A stretch of DNA of 64,000 nucleotides, taken from Candidatus Yonathbacteria bacterium (GTDB taxonomy: Bacteria > Patescibacteriota > Minisyncoccia > Phycocordibacterales > JACNGX01). Below the pieces are notes generated by a model, which saw nothing but the letters and a program-made list of their open reading frames with translations, did no database searches and had not been told where the DNA came from. The translations under genes were made by a program, and so were the position numbers. The DNA lies in contig JAAXWR010000001.1 in NCBI GenBank assembly GCA_013334825.1, positions 340,731-404,730 on the forward strand, written 5' to 3'. Below are positions 52,640 to 61,110 of the stretch, in pieces (within the stretch, counting starts at the first letter, position 1; the number at the start of each line of letters is the position of its first letter).

Positions 52640-53344
52640 TTATGTCAACATTCTCCATGGCACATTTTCAGGATCTTCCCCGGGAAGACACTGAAGCACC
52701 GCATCTAAAATAGCCCCTGCAGACGCATTCCACAGTTCTTTGGCAGATATTCTGATATTTGCCATATCGGCATATTTCTCAGCACGAAATGCCAAAAGAT
52801 CCGGATAACATCGCCGAAGAGCCTCGTTTCTGCTTTCACCTTTCTGGATAAAAAAGAATTCCCCCCAGATAAGTGGCTTCATGACACGGAAAAATAAATC
52901 TATGATTTTTTCCATATCAGACCCTTCAAGTGTCAGGTATACCACCAGACAATTTTCAGAGAGCCAATCCCGCGTTTCCTGCGGAAGGTGAGCGACACTT
53001 CCCGTTGTGTCAAAGACGAGATTTTTCCCCTCAGGGATAATCGCCTCAAGTGAGGCAAGACATGTGTACTTGTTTTCAAGACGCAGGTATTCCTTCTCTC
53101 GCTCTGCATACCCCTCAGAATCCGGATGCCCGAGCCATTCACCGACTTCTCCTACGTTCTTCAGTCCAAGCTCATTTGCAATGAGCTCATCAACTGAATA
53201 CATAAAAAAGCCGAGAGTACGCATGAGCTCTTTTGCTCGTCTGCTTTTGCCCGTATTGGACATACCAACAAGAACAAAACGTAAGTTGCCAGCGAGCAAA
53301 TGCTCGACGAACTCAATTTTAGTAAGCGGTTCAAGAGTTGTCAT
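52640..53344 (-). CDS. P-loop NTPase (kinase-like)
   Basis: Walker A VGMSNTGKS near the N-terminus. 234 aa. Confidence 0.55.
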   Translation of the reverse strand: MTTLEPLTKIEFVEHLLAGNLRFVLVGMSNTGKSRRAKELMRTLGFFMYSVDELIANELGLKNVGEVGEWLGHPDSEGYAEREKEYLRLENKYTCLASLEAIIPEGKNLVFDTTGSVAHLPQETRDWLSENCLVVYLTLEGSDMEKIIDLFFRVMKPLIWGEFFFIQKGESRNEALRRCYPDLLAFRAEKYADMANIRISAKELWNASAGAILDAVLQCLPGEDPENVPWRMLT

Positions 53345-53413
53345 AACAGTACTATTGTATGGTTAAAAAACTATCTGTGCGGATGATACCACAAAAATAA
53401 AAAAGCACAAGAT

Positions 53414-53439
53414 ATATAAAAACGGGGCAACATGCCCCG
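53414..53439 (-). terminator. Rho-independent terminator
   Basis: acggggc-atgtt-gccccgt with a T run on the minus strand. Confidence 0.6.
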
Positions 53440-53445
53440 TAACAA

Positions 53446-53691
53446 TCACTTTAAAGATCCCTTGAACATCTTTTTTAAGGCATATACAATGATACCTATC
53501 ACAAGAAGTTGTCCAAAGAGAGGTGTCAATCCTTGGAGAATGCCATTGATCTCTCCAACAAGGTTATTGACCAATGTCGTGAGTATGCCTGGATTACAGG
53601 CGATATATATCACTCCTACAATGATCAACCACCCTGACACCTTCTGTGGAGTACCAATAAAGTACGCCACCCATCTCTGCCAATTATTCAT
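53446..53691 (-). CDS. Small membrane protein
   Basis: 81 aa with two hydrophobic helices. Confidence 0.4.
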   Translation of the reverse strand: MNNWQRWVAYFIGTPQKVSGWLIIVGVIYIACNPGILTTLVNNLVGEINGILQGLTPLFGQLLVIGIIVYALKKMFKGSLK

Positions 53692-53813
53692 ACTTTCATG
53701 TTGTTTTATGAAAAAAATTCTGTTTGTATTATAACAATATATATAACTTTGTCAATTATTCAGTTTTTATGAAAAATTCCGCATGTGCGGAGTTTTTCAT
53801 ATATCGTTTATTT

Positions 53814-54566
53814 TTATTGACGATTTATCGGCGCATCTTGAATCATTTGTACCACACGATCAATATCATCGGTGATCGTATACAAATTTTGGTCACCCTC
53901 AGTAATTGTTCCTTGTTCCTCAAGAAGCATTGAGCGAATAAAGCCATCGAGAGGTTTCCAGAAGTCGCTTCCCATGAGAATAATAGGCAATCGTTCTGTT
54001 TTTTTTGTTTGGACAAGCGTCAATATTTCAAAAAACTCATCCATTGTCCCAAAACCGCCAGGGAAATAAACATATGCCTCAGAGGAATAACTAAGCACTA
54101 CTTTACGCGAAAAGAAATAATAAAATGCCGCTTCATGGTCTACATATGGATTGGTGTGTTGTTCAAACGGTAAATCAATAGTGATACCGATTGATACGCC
54201 ACCACCATCTTTCGCCCCACGATTCCCTGCTTCCATAATACCTGGACCCCCACCTGTAAGAATAGCGTATCCTGTTTCTTCAACAATACGACGTGCTGTT
54301 TCGCGTGCAAGTTTGTAATATTTGTGATGTTCATCAAAACGCGCTGAACCAAACATCGTAACTGATGTTGGATATTTGCGAATTAAATCAAATCCTTGAC
54401 GAAATTCTCTATTGACTGCGCACATTCGCACATCAATACGATCATTGTATTTCTCATTACATTCCTTGCGCATCTCATCCACACTCTCTCGTCCTCCCAT
54501 GCGTTTTTCCTCACGTATTTCATCCTGTGTCATAATAGCAAAAGTATAACACAAAAAATATTTCAA
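53814..54566 (-). CDS. LOG-family protein (cytokinin riboside 5'-monophosphate phosphoribohydrolase / TIGR00730)
   Basis: VTMFGSARF...ILTGGGPGIMEAGNRGA...PGGFGTMDEFFE motifs. It has an approximately 70-aa N-terminal extension. Confidence 0.8.
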   Translation of the reverse strand: MKYFLCYTFAIMTQDEIREEKRMGGRESVDEMRKECNEKYNDRIDVRMCAVNREFRQGFDLIRKYPTSVTMFGSARFDEHHKYYKLARETARRIVEETGYAILTGGGPGIMEAGNRGAKDGGGVSIGITIDLPFEQHTNPYVDHEAAFYYFFSRKVVLSYSSEAYVYFPGGFGTMDEFFEILTLVQTKKTERLPIILMGSDFWKPLDGFIRSMLLEEQGTITEGDQNLYTITDDIDRVVQMIQDAPINRQ

Positions 54567-54651
54567 ACAAAAAACTTCTGGCGCGATAGAAAAAATATGT
54601 TATGATATGCGAACATGAACACATGGTATAGAGTCTGTTCATGTGTCGTAA

Positions 54652-54722
54652 TGCCAGATCGTCTAATGGTAGGACAGCGGGTTTTGGTCCCGTCAATCTA
54701 GGTTCGAGTCCTAGTCTGGCAA
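54652..54722 (+). tRNA. tRNA-Gln(TTG)
   Basis: TGCCAGATCGTCTAATGGTAGGACAGCGGGTTTTGGTCCCGTCAATCTAGGTTCGAGTCCTAGTCTGGCAA. U1:A72, anticodon loop TTTTGGT, CCA not encoded. Confidence 0.88.
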
Positions 54723-55010
54723 CAAATGTAAAACGGCCTTATGGGCCGTTTTACATTTGTTGCCAGAAGCAGGGCGACTGCTCGCCCTGCGACTAGGACT
54801 CGAACGGCTCGGCGATGTCGGACCGAGCACCACTTACAAAAAATTCCTAAAAAGTGTTAGAGATATTTTCCAAATAATAAAGCCTCTCTATGATGTTATC
54901 TGAAAGTGGTGCTCGAGACGACCGCGAGCCGCGTCCAGGAGTACTTTGCGTATTGCGAATACTTGGAGCAATACGCTTAGTAACTCCGGGACGAGTCCTA
55001 GTCTGGCAAC
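54723..55010 (+). mobile_element. Mini-element at the tRNA-Gln 3' end bounded by an 18-bp direct repeat of the tRNA 3' end. It is homologous to the tRNA-Val element.
   Basis: DR gagtcctagtctggcaac occurs at 54705-54722 and 54993-55010. The interior holds a perfect 16-bp-stem hairpin (caaatgtaaaacggcc/ggccgttttacatttg), the hairpin cagggcgactgctcgccctg, an inverted tRNA-Gln T-arm fragment (gactaggactcgaac), an inverted repeat ggaccgagcaccactt...aagtggtgctcgag, and CGGGAC immediately before DR2. Confidence 0.6.
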
Positions 55011-55085
55011 TCCATAAAAAAATTAAAATATCAATACAAGCCTCCTCTCGCAACTTCCACCCACACAGAGTATACTAGACGACAT

Positions 55086-55712
55086 ATGGAATATGCGGAC
55101 GACACAGAAAGCATCTATGACTTTCTCAAGTATATACGTCAATTTGAAACTACCTATCGTTTTACCACAAAGCCAGGTAGCGGATTTGAAAGTGATGCCG
55201 AACATTCTTGGTCGGTCGCATTTGCGTGTATGCTCCTTGCGGGACGACTTGAACACGAATTCGGCGTCCACCTTGACCAAGCTCGCATGCTCAACATGGC
55301 ACTCGTCCACGACCTTGCCGAAATGATAGCAGGAGACACAAAGCCATGGGACGAAAAAGCTCGCATCGGAAAAAACGAAAGAGAACAAGACGCCATCGTG
55401 TCCATTGTAAAGAATCTTCCCAAAGATATGCGAGAAAACGTCCTCGCTTTATGGGAAGAATCAGAACAATGCGAAACACTTGAAGCAAAAATAGTAAAAT
55501 CTCTTGATAAGCTTGACCCGGAAATACATAGGGTCACACACCACATTGCATGGCAAGAAATTATGGATGAAATACACGCAACCCGTGAAGCGTGTGATGC
55601 GCGCCATATCCCCCATCACAGCTTTTCAACAACACTCACATCACTCTACGAAACCACCCGCAAAGAAGCGCTGGAAAAAGGAATGCTGAAGGCGGAGAAA
55701 ACGTCCATCTAA
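55086..55712 (+). CDS. HD-domain phosphohydrolase (YfbR-like 5'-deoxynucleotidase family)
   Basis: SDAEHSWSVAFACMLLA...LVHDLAEMIAGDT carries the HD motif. Confidence 0.8.
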   Translation: MEYADDTESIYDFLKYIRQFETTYRFTTKPGSGFESDAEHSWSVAFACMLLAGRLEHEFGVHLDQARMLNMALVHDLAEMIAGDTKPWDEKARIGKNEREQDAIVSIVKNLPKDMRENVLALWEESEQCETLEAKIVKSLDKLDPEIHRVTHHIAWQEIMDEIHATREACDARHIPHHSFSTTLTSLYETTRKEALEKGMLKAEKTSI

Positions 55713-55751
55713 AAAACTGGCAAAATTTGGTCCGAGGGGTACAATGTAAGT

Positions 55752-56438
55752 ATGCAAAATCTTCCTACAGCCGAAACATATACCGCCGAAGCCACATACA
55801 TGCCCTGGGGCATTCTTCTTGCGGAAATAGAGGATATCGTTATCAGCAAAACACCGGAACACGGACGTGTACTTGACCTTCTCTGCGGCACAGGTAATCT
55901 GATAGGTGCCCTGAAAAAGAAACGCCCTGACATGGAGTGTACAGGCGTTGATTTGGAGCCAGAATATATTGCATATGCCCGCGAGCACCATCCCGATATT
56001 GATTTTATCGTCGCTGATGCGTTTACTTGGGAAGCCAGTGAGAAGTTTGATGTCATTGTCTGTACCGGCGGGCTTCATCACCTGCCTCACGAACTGCAAG
56101 AACCGTTTCTTGGCAAAGTCGCTTCCCTGCTAAAAGAAGGCGGCATGGCCATCGTTGGCGACCCATATATTCCCGATTATGCGAATGAACAAGAGCGCAA
56201 ACTCGCCGCCGCAGAGCTCGGTCATGAATATCTTGCAGTAACGATACAAAACGGCGCGACAGATGACGTTATCCAAGCCGCGATTGACCTCATTCCCAAT
56301 GATGTATTTCTTGTTGAATTCAAAACGTCTATTGAAAAAGTGACCCCTCATTTCAATAAACACTTCGCACACGTAGACATGCACAAAACATGGGGTCCCG
56401 ACAGCTTTGGGGATTATTATTTTGTGTGTGGGAATTAA
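55752..56438 (+). CDS. Class I SAM-dependent methyltransferase
   Basis: VLDLLCGTGNLIGAL (motif I) and DVIVCTGGLHHL. No DNA-methyltransferase DPPY/NPPY motif. Confidence 0.8.
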   Translation: MQNLPTAETYTAEATYMPWGILLAEIEDIVISKTPEHGRVLDLLCGTGNLIGALKKKRPDMECTGVDLEPEYIAYAREHHPDIDFIVADAFTWEASEKFDVIVCTGGLHHLPHELQEPFLGKVASLLKEGGMAIVGDPYIPDYANEQERKLAAAELGHEYLAVTIQNGATDDVIQAAIDLIPNDVFLVEFKTSIEKVTPHFNKHFAHVDMHKTWGPDSFGDYYFVCGN

Positions 56439-56442
56439 TGAT

Positions 56443-57375
56443 ATGTCTCGAGACAAAGAACAAATTACAAAAAACCAACACATTGTCCCTGAACGACATC
56501 TAAAAAACTTTTGTATACTAAACAAAAATCGTTTAGTTGCTTTTAATATTGACGAATTACGAATTGAGAAAGACCAATCTCCAAACTCGATATGTCGGGA
56601 CTATTTTCATTATGCAATGTACCCAGGTAATTATGATGAATATAGCCAAATTGTAGAGAAGAAATTTGGTAATTTGGAGAATTGGTATTCTAATAATTTT
56701 CAAAGAATCGAATCAAATTTACTCCAAAAAGTTATCCCGTCTGATGAAGATAGATACGGTATATCCTTGCTTGTTGCAAATTTTCACTTCAGAGGTCGAA
56801 TCTTCAGAGCAGAAATAAAAAATTCACTGGAACAAGTAATAGATTTTCTACAACCTTCTTTGGCAGAAGATTTCCATACAGAGATGGAAAAAAGATATCC
56901 ACACCTTTTTACTAAGAATGATAAAAATTTTACCTCAAATATTATCCGGGAGGGATTATATGAATATATACAAAATACATCTTACGCCACAAACAGATCT
57001 TTTGACGAGGGATTCCCAAATACATTGACGCACAAAAATTGGAAGATATTAATCAACAACTCTAATGAAAATCCATTTATTACAAGTGACGAGGCAGTAA
57101 TAGAGTTAATACCTGAATGGGCCTCTAAAAATACTGTATTGAAAAGTTATTTGATAAAAACGCAGATCTTCCACCTCTCCCCCCGTATCGCAATTATTTG
57201 TCTCTATCCTTTTAATGAGGATGAACATGGAAAAACACAATTTCTTGATATTACCGAGAATGAGAAAGCTGTGAATGGAAATAACTTACAATATATAAAC
57301 TATGCACATAAATACGCCTATTCCCCTAATAAATACTTTTTTGAAAAAATTATCAAAGAAAACAGTGTTTTATAA
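56443..57375 (+). CDS. DUF4238 family protein, AT-rich and apparently foreign
   Basis: N-terminal ...NQHIVPERHLKNF is the hallmark DUF4238 motif. GC is about 30% versus about 45% in neighbours. It overlaps the methyltransferase stop. Confidence 0.7.
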   Translation: MSRDKEQITKNQHIVPERHLKNFCILNKNRLVAFNIDELRIEKDQSPNSICRDYFHYAMYPGNYDEYSQIVEKKFGNLENWYSNNFQRIESNLLQKVIPSDEDRYGISLLVANFHFRGRIFRAEIKNSLEQVIDFLQPSLAEDFHTEMEKRYPHLFTKNDKNFTSNIIREGLYEYIQNTSYATNRSFDEGFPNTLTHKNWKILINNSNENPFITSDEAVIELIPEWASKNTVLKSYLIKTQIFHLSPRIAIICLYPFNEDEHGKTQFLDITENEKAVNGNNLQYINYAHKYAYSPNKYFFEKIIKENSVL

Positions 57376-57405
57376 AAAAATATATTATAGATTTAAATCA
57401 AAAAA

Positions 57406-58440
57406 TTAAAGACGATCCCCCACAGAGTCCATCAACGCCAGCTCTAGCGGCAACTCCGGAATAAATGCACGGGGGATTTCGTTGTGTGCTGTGATGAATG
57501 CGCGGAGTACATCTGAATTGATGCGTGCTTTCGCGTCTTTGGCGAGTGTTTCGGCAAATGCCATGTCATCTTCTGAAAAATCTTCTGCAAGAACGGGACG
57601 CATAGATTGGTCAAAACGCAGAAGCAGTACCGCCCGCATCATACGGAGCACGAGTGCAGCATAGACATCCATGGCGACATTCGCCTCCTTTGCCGCACCG
57701 AGCGCGGCGAGACCTTTGGGACCGTCCTTGTATGCGACGGCAGCAACCAAATCGTTCACTGCCTGCGACGATGGCGCGCCGGTAATCTTCTCTACTTCTT
57801 CACGCGAAAGTGTTTTGTCTTTTGACGCGCCAATCACCTTTTGCAACATGCCAAGTGTATCACGGAACGACCCATCACCAAGAAGCGCAATGAGGCCCGC
57901 CGATGATGCATCGAGTGTATACCCTTCTTTTGTTGCCACATCACGGACAATATCCTTGAGCGTTTCCATGCCAGGCTTTTTGAATGAAAACACCTGACAA
58001 CGCGAGACAACAGTATCAAGCAATTTGTGTGGCTCCGTTGTCGCAAGGATAAAGATGACATGTTTGGGCGGCTCTTCCAGCGTTTTCAAAAGTGCATTAA
58101 ATGAATCCTTGGTGAGCATATGCACCTCGTCGATGATATACACCTTGTACGGTGACATGAAGGGCAGTGTGCGCACCGCTTCGCGGAGTTCGCGAATATC
58201 ATCAATACCACGATTGGACGCGGCGTCTATTTCATAAATATCTTCGGGGGCGCATCCAAGCGCCCGTGCAAAAATACGTGCGACACTTGTTTTGCCTGTC
58301 CCCCGTCCGCCAGCAAAGAGATACGCATGCGCAGGATTACCTGCGTCGATAGACGCACGAAGAGCGTTCACGATGGGTTCTTGACCTTTGACTTCGTCCC
58401 AGTTTTCTGGGCGGTAGGTGCGGTAGAGTGCTTGGGACAT
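57406..58440 (-). CDS. dnaX: DNA polymerase III gamma/tau subunit (short, 344 aa)
   Basis: YRPENWDEVKGQE...GGRGTGKTSVARIFA...IIDEVHMLT. Intact Walker A and arginine finger region. Confidence 0.88.
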   Translation of the reverse strand: MSQALYRTYRPENWDEVKGQEPIVNALRASIDAGNPAHAYLFAGGRGTGKTSVARIFARALGCAPEDIYEIDAASNRGIDDIRELREAVRTLPFMSPYKVYIIDEVHMLTKDSFNALLKTLEEPPKHVIFILATTEPHKLLDTVVSRCQVFSFKKPGMETLKDIVRDVATKEGYTLDASSAGLIALLGDGSFRDTLGMLQKVIGASKDKTLSREEVEKITGAPSSQAVNDLVAAVAYKDGPKGLAALGAAKEANVAMDVYAALVLRMMRAVLLLRFDQSMRPVLAEDFSEDDMAFAETLAKDAKARINSDVLRAFITAHNEIPRAFIPELPLELALMDSVGDRL

Positions 58441-58560
58441 AGGGTTGTGTGTTATGTAGATATATTATAGCGTATTGAGACAGGTTATCAAAATCAAAGA
58501 AATAAAGAAGATAAGTTCTTAGTTCGTAGTTCGTAGAACGACCGTGCATTCGGACAACAA

Positions 58561-58591
58561 ACAAAAAACGGCGTGCTAGAGCGCCGTTTTG
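58561..58591 (-). terminator. Hairpin terminator
   Basis: acggcg-tgctagag-cgccgt flanked by A and T runs. Confidence 0.65.
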
Positions 58592-59104
58592 ATATCGGGA
58601 AGGAATTTTTTTACAAGAGCAAAATCCTCGTTAAAGGAAGAGCTCAGTGATAGAGGGCAACTGAGTGAACAATATACCCCATCACCATCGTAGCCATTGA
58701 TACTCCACGAAAAAAAACTTCCATAAAAAGTCGCAAGGAAAATTCTTTTCTTGGAAAGACTGTCCTCAATCCCTTTTTCAAGAAAACAAACACGAAACTT
58801 CCCTTCTTCAACATAAGTCGGATCAACAATTTCCAGTGCGACAGGCAACTGTATCTCAGCAGCGAGCATACAGAGCGCAGTCATTTGATTGCCCCAGAAA
58901 TGAAGTGTTGTAGGAGCCCAAGAATCAAGCTCTTCACCGATAGGATTCCCCGAAGCGACAGATGTGGGATCAACCCCAGACGAGCGAAGAAACGTTTCCC
59001 ATGCGGCACGCGGTTCGATCTTCGCATAATTGATGTAAAACGCACTGAGAAGCTCAGAATAATCCGTACGGATACCGAGCGAAATAATCGATGTTCTTTT
59101 TTTC
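58576..59104 (-). CDS. Hypothetical protein
   Basis: The ORF-track start is a TTG. The first ATG is at 59104 (MKKRTSII...). Confidence 0.4.
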
Positions 59105-59191
59105 ATACTGTATTTATGTAATTGCAGAGTCAACACCTCCCTTTTATTATCACACTTATTCAACTTTGTAAACCAAACAAAAAGAGGCCGT

Positions 59192-59689
59192 TTAGGCCCC
59201 TATACCCTTCTGCACAAGATAGTTCATCCACGTACGGAGATTTACCTTGAACTGGTCAGGGGTATCGCGAATGTTATAACACATACCCGGGGTACCCCAA
59301 TATCTATCCCCCAGCCTGAAATCCAGACCGTTTTGTGTGAATATGACAGTAAGGATTCTCCCTGCACTGTCATCTTCCCGTTCGGAAATATCGAAATCTT
59401 TCTCCAGGAAATACACATGTACTTCGGAACAAAGAGTCTCATCTTCAGGGATGACAACATACAGTCCAAGAGGAATGTCCATAAACATGCCAATTTCACA
59501 CATTTTGACGATGAACTCCCCGTGTTTTTCATACACAGAAGAAATTGGGCCGAACTCGAGGCCGAAGCTTGCAATAAACTTTGCTTTTTTCATTCTTGCA
59601 GCTTCCTCATCAGTTCGCTGGCAGTACCCGACAAAATCACTCGCTTTCTTGCGGTGAAATTCGGGAGTTCCACTTAATATTCTCTTCAT
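59192..59689 (-). CDS. Hypothetical protein
   Basis: ORF of 165 aa. GAGGA lies 5 nt before the ATG. Confidence 0.5.
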   Translation of the reverse strand: MKRILSGTPEFHRKKASDFVGYCQRTDEEAARMKKAKFIASFGLEFGPISSVYEKHGEFIVKMCEIGMFMDIPLGLYVVIPEDETLCSEVHVYFLEKDFDISEREDDSAGRILTVIFTQNGLDFRLGDRYWGTPGMCYNIRDTPDQFKVNLRTWMNYLVQKGIGA

Positions 59690-59779
59690 TTTTCCTCTTT
59701 TTTAATTGTATACCCAACTCAACACCTCAATCTTATTACCACATTCTAATAGTTTTGTAAACCAAACAAAAAAGGTCAC

Positions 59780-60220
59780 TTATGCGACCTTTTGGGAACT
59801 GTGTTTGCGAATAACATCAATCATTTCTTCTGCCGAACATGCACGGCAATGTTCATCTTCTTTCCCGGACAGTTCAATATATACACTTGTGCCGGATAAT
59901 GAAACTTTGATGTACGCATTTTTTCCGATACGTGCACGCAAGTACACTGGGGCACTTGATCCGATTTCGATACGAAGACCTTCAATATAAAAGTGAATCT
60001 CCGACACCTCTTTCACCATGCCGAATGCAGAAATGCCCACAACGACACGTTCAAGAGCATCTTCACTCCTCAGCGTATCAAAGACACATGTCCGCAATAC
60101 TCCATCGGGACCATTTCCTCGGATAGGGATCTTTCCAAGAATTTTTCTTGCCTCATGCAAGGCCGTCATATTCTCGATAGAAATATCGCCAATTCTGGGA
60201 AGAGTGTCTGTCAGTCTCAT
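59780..60220 (-). CDS. Hypothetical protein
   Basis: ORF track, 146 aa. Confidence 0.45.
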   Translation of the reverse strand: MRLTDTLPRIGDISIENMTALHEARKILGKIPIRGNGPDGVLRTCVFDTLRSEDALERVVVGISAFGMVKEVSEIHFYIEGLRIEIGSSAPVYLRARIGKNAYIKVSLSGTSVYIELSGKEDEHCRACSAEEMIDVIRKHSSQKVA

Positions 60221-60307
60221 AATTCATATGATTTAACTTGTTTGAAAAACAAAAACTTCTGTTACTTTTATACCACAACTTATAAATTAAGTAAATCCAA
60301 TGCCAAT

Positions 60308-60334
60308 CAAAAACTCCGCTTACGCGGAGTTTTT
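60308..60334 (-). terminator. Rho-independent terminator of rnpB
   Basis: aactccgc-gtaa-gcggagtt flanked by A5 and T5. It lies about 10 nt beyond the RNase P RNA 3' end. Confidence 0.8.
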
Positions 60335-60343
60335 GATATATGA

Positions 60344-60860
60344 AGGACCGTATCTATAAGCCGGATTCTGTCTCGACATGACGTCGCAAAGGATATCAGG
60401 TCAAGGACAACGATTTATCTGGGACGTACGTCACCGCACGCCTCAAGCGGCACTCAAAGCATCATAGTGATGCCCAGCACGGCCTTGCACACAGGTAAGG
60501 ATTTAGCCGTTTCACCTCTTGCGTTACCGCAAGAACTAGTCCAGCCCCACTTTTGGTCATATGTACATATACACACGTCTCTCAATGAACATCATGACTT
60601 GTGCATACTATTCGACCAAAAGTGGAGCTGGAATCCGATTTCTTTCGAAATACGGCGTCTCTGCTCGCACCTCTTCGAACCCTTCGATCCGATGACAGGC
60701 GTTACCTGCTACCTATGACATACACCACGAAGATTACATGCCAAGCCATTTGTACACCACAAAGCGTGTACAGACCTGCCATGCACCCTACGTGGTGCAT
60801 GGTGTGTCCGGACTTTCCTCTGTCACAAAAAGCAACAGCCGTTGTCCAATACGGTATGTC
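60344..60860 (-). ncRNA. rnpB: RNase P RNA (bacterial type A) carrying an approximately 88-nt insertion between P4 and P5/P7 and an extended P12
   Basis: Minus-strand motifs: GAGGAAAGTCCGGAC (P4 5' strand), CATAGGTAGCAGGTAACGCCTG, GCGAGCAGAGA, GAGGTGAAACGG, TGCAAGGCC, GCTTGAGG and ACAGAATCCGGCTTAT (P4 3' strand). P1 is ACCGTAT/ATACGGT and P2 is GGACAACG/CGTTGTCC. Confidence 0.9.
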
Positions 60861-60863
60861 ATT

Positions 60864-60892
60864 ATTATATCAAAAATCAGCTAAAAAGTCAA
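60864..60892 (-). promoter_or_regulatory. Consensus sigma70 promoter of rnpB
   Basis: On the minus strand TTGACT, a 17-nt spacer, then TATAAT, about 7 nt upstream of the predicted RNA 5' end. Confidence 0.7.
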
Positions 60893-60974
60893 AAAACATA
60901 ATGTGGGTCCCGAATCACCTCCCTTCGCCAAGACTTTGGTAAGGTAAAACTTTGAATGACAACCTAGATTAGTG

Positions 60975-61110
60975 ACCTGAAAAACTCGTACAGTTTCCGC
61001 GTCTATTCGGCACATCTTCCGCGTAGGTTCCGCATCGTGTTCGCGTCTGTTCCGCATTACTTCCGCGTAGGTTCCGGATCGTGTCCGCGTACGATCCGCA
61101 TAACATCCGC
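60975..61110 (-). repeat. Three tandem units of about 44 bp duplicating the 3' end of dus
   Basis: tacgcggatgttatgcggatcgtacgcggacacgatccggaacc / tacgcggaagtaatgcggaacagacgcgaacacgatgcggaacc / tacgcggaagatgtgccgaatagacgcggaaactgtacgag. The first unit encodes the last 15 codons of Dus. Confidence 0.85.

Noticed and set aside
54847-55078. Small ORFs 54847..55053 (minus) and 54890..55078 (plus)
   Set aside because: They lie inside the hairpin-rich tRNA-Gln mini-element. There is no RBS or conserved protein features.
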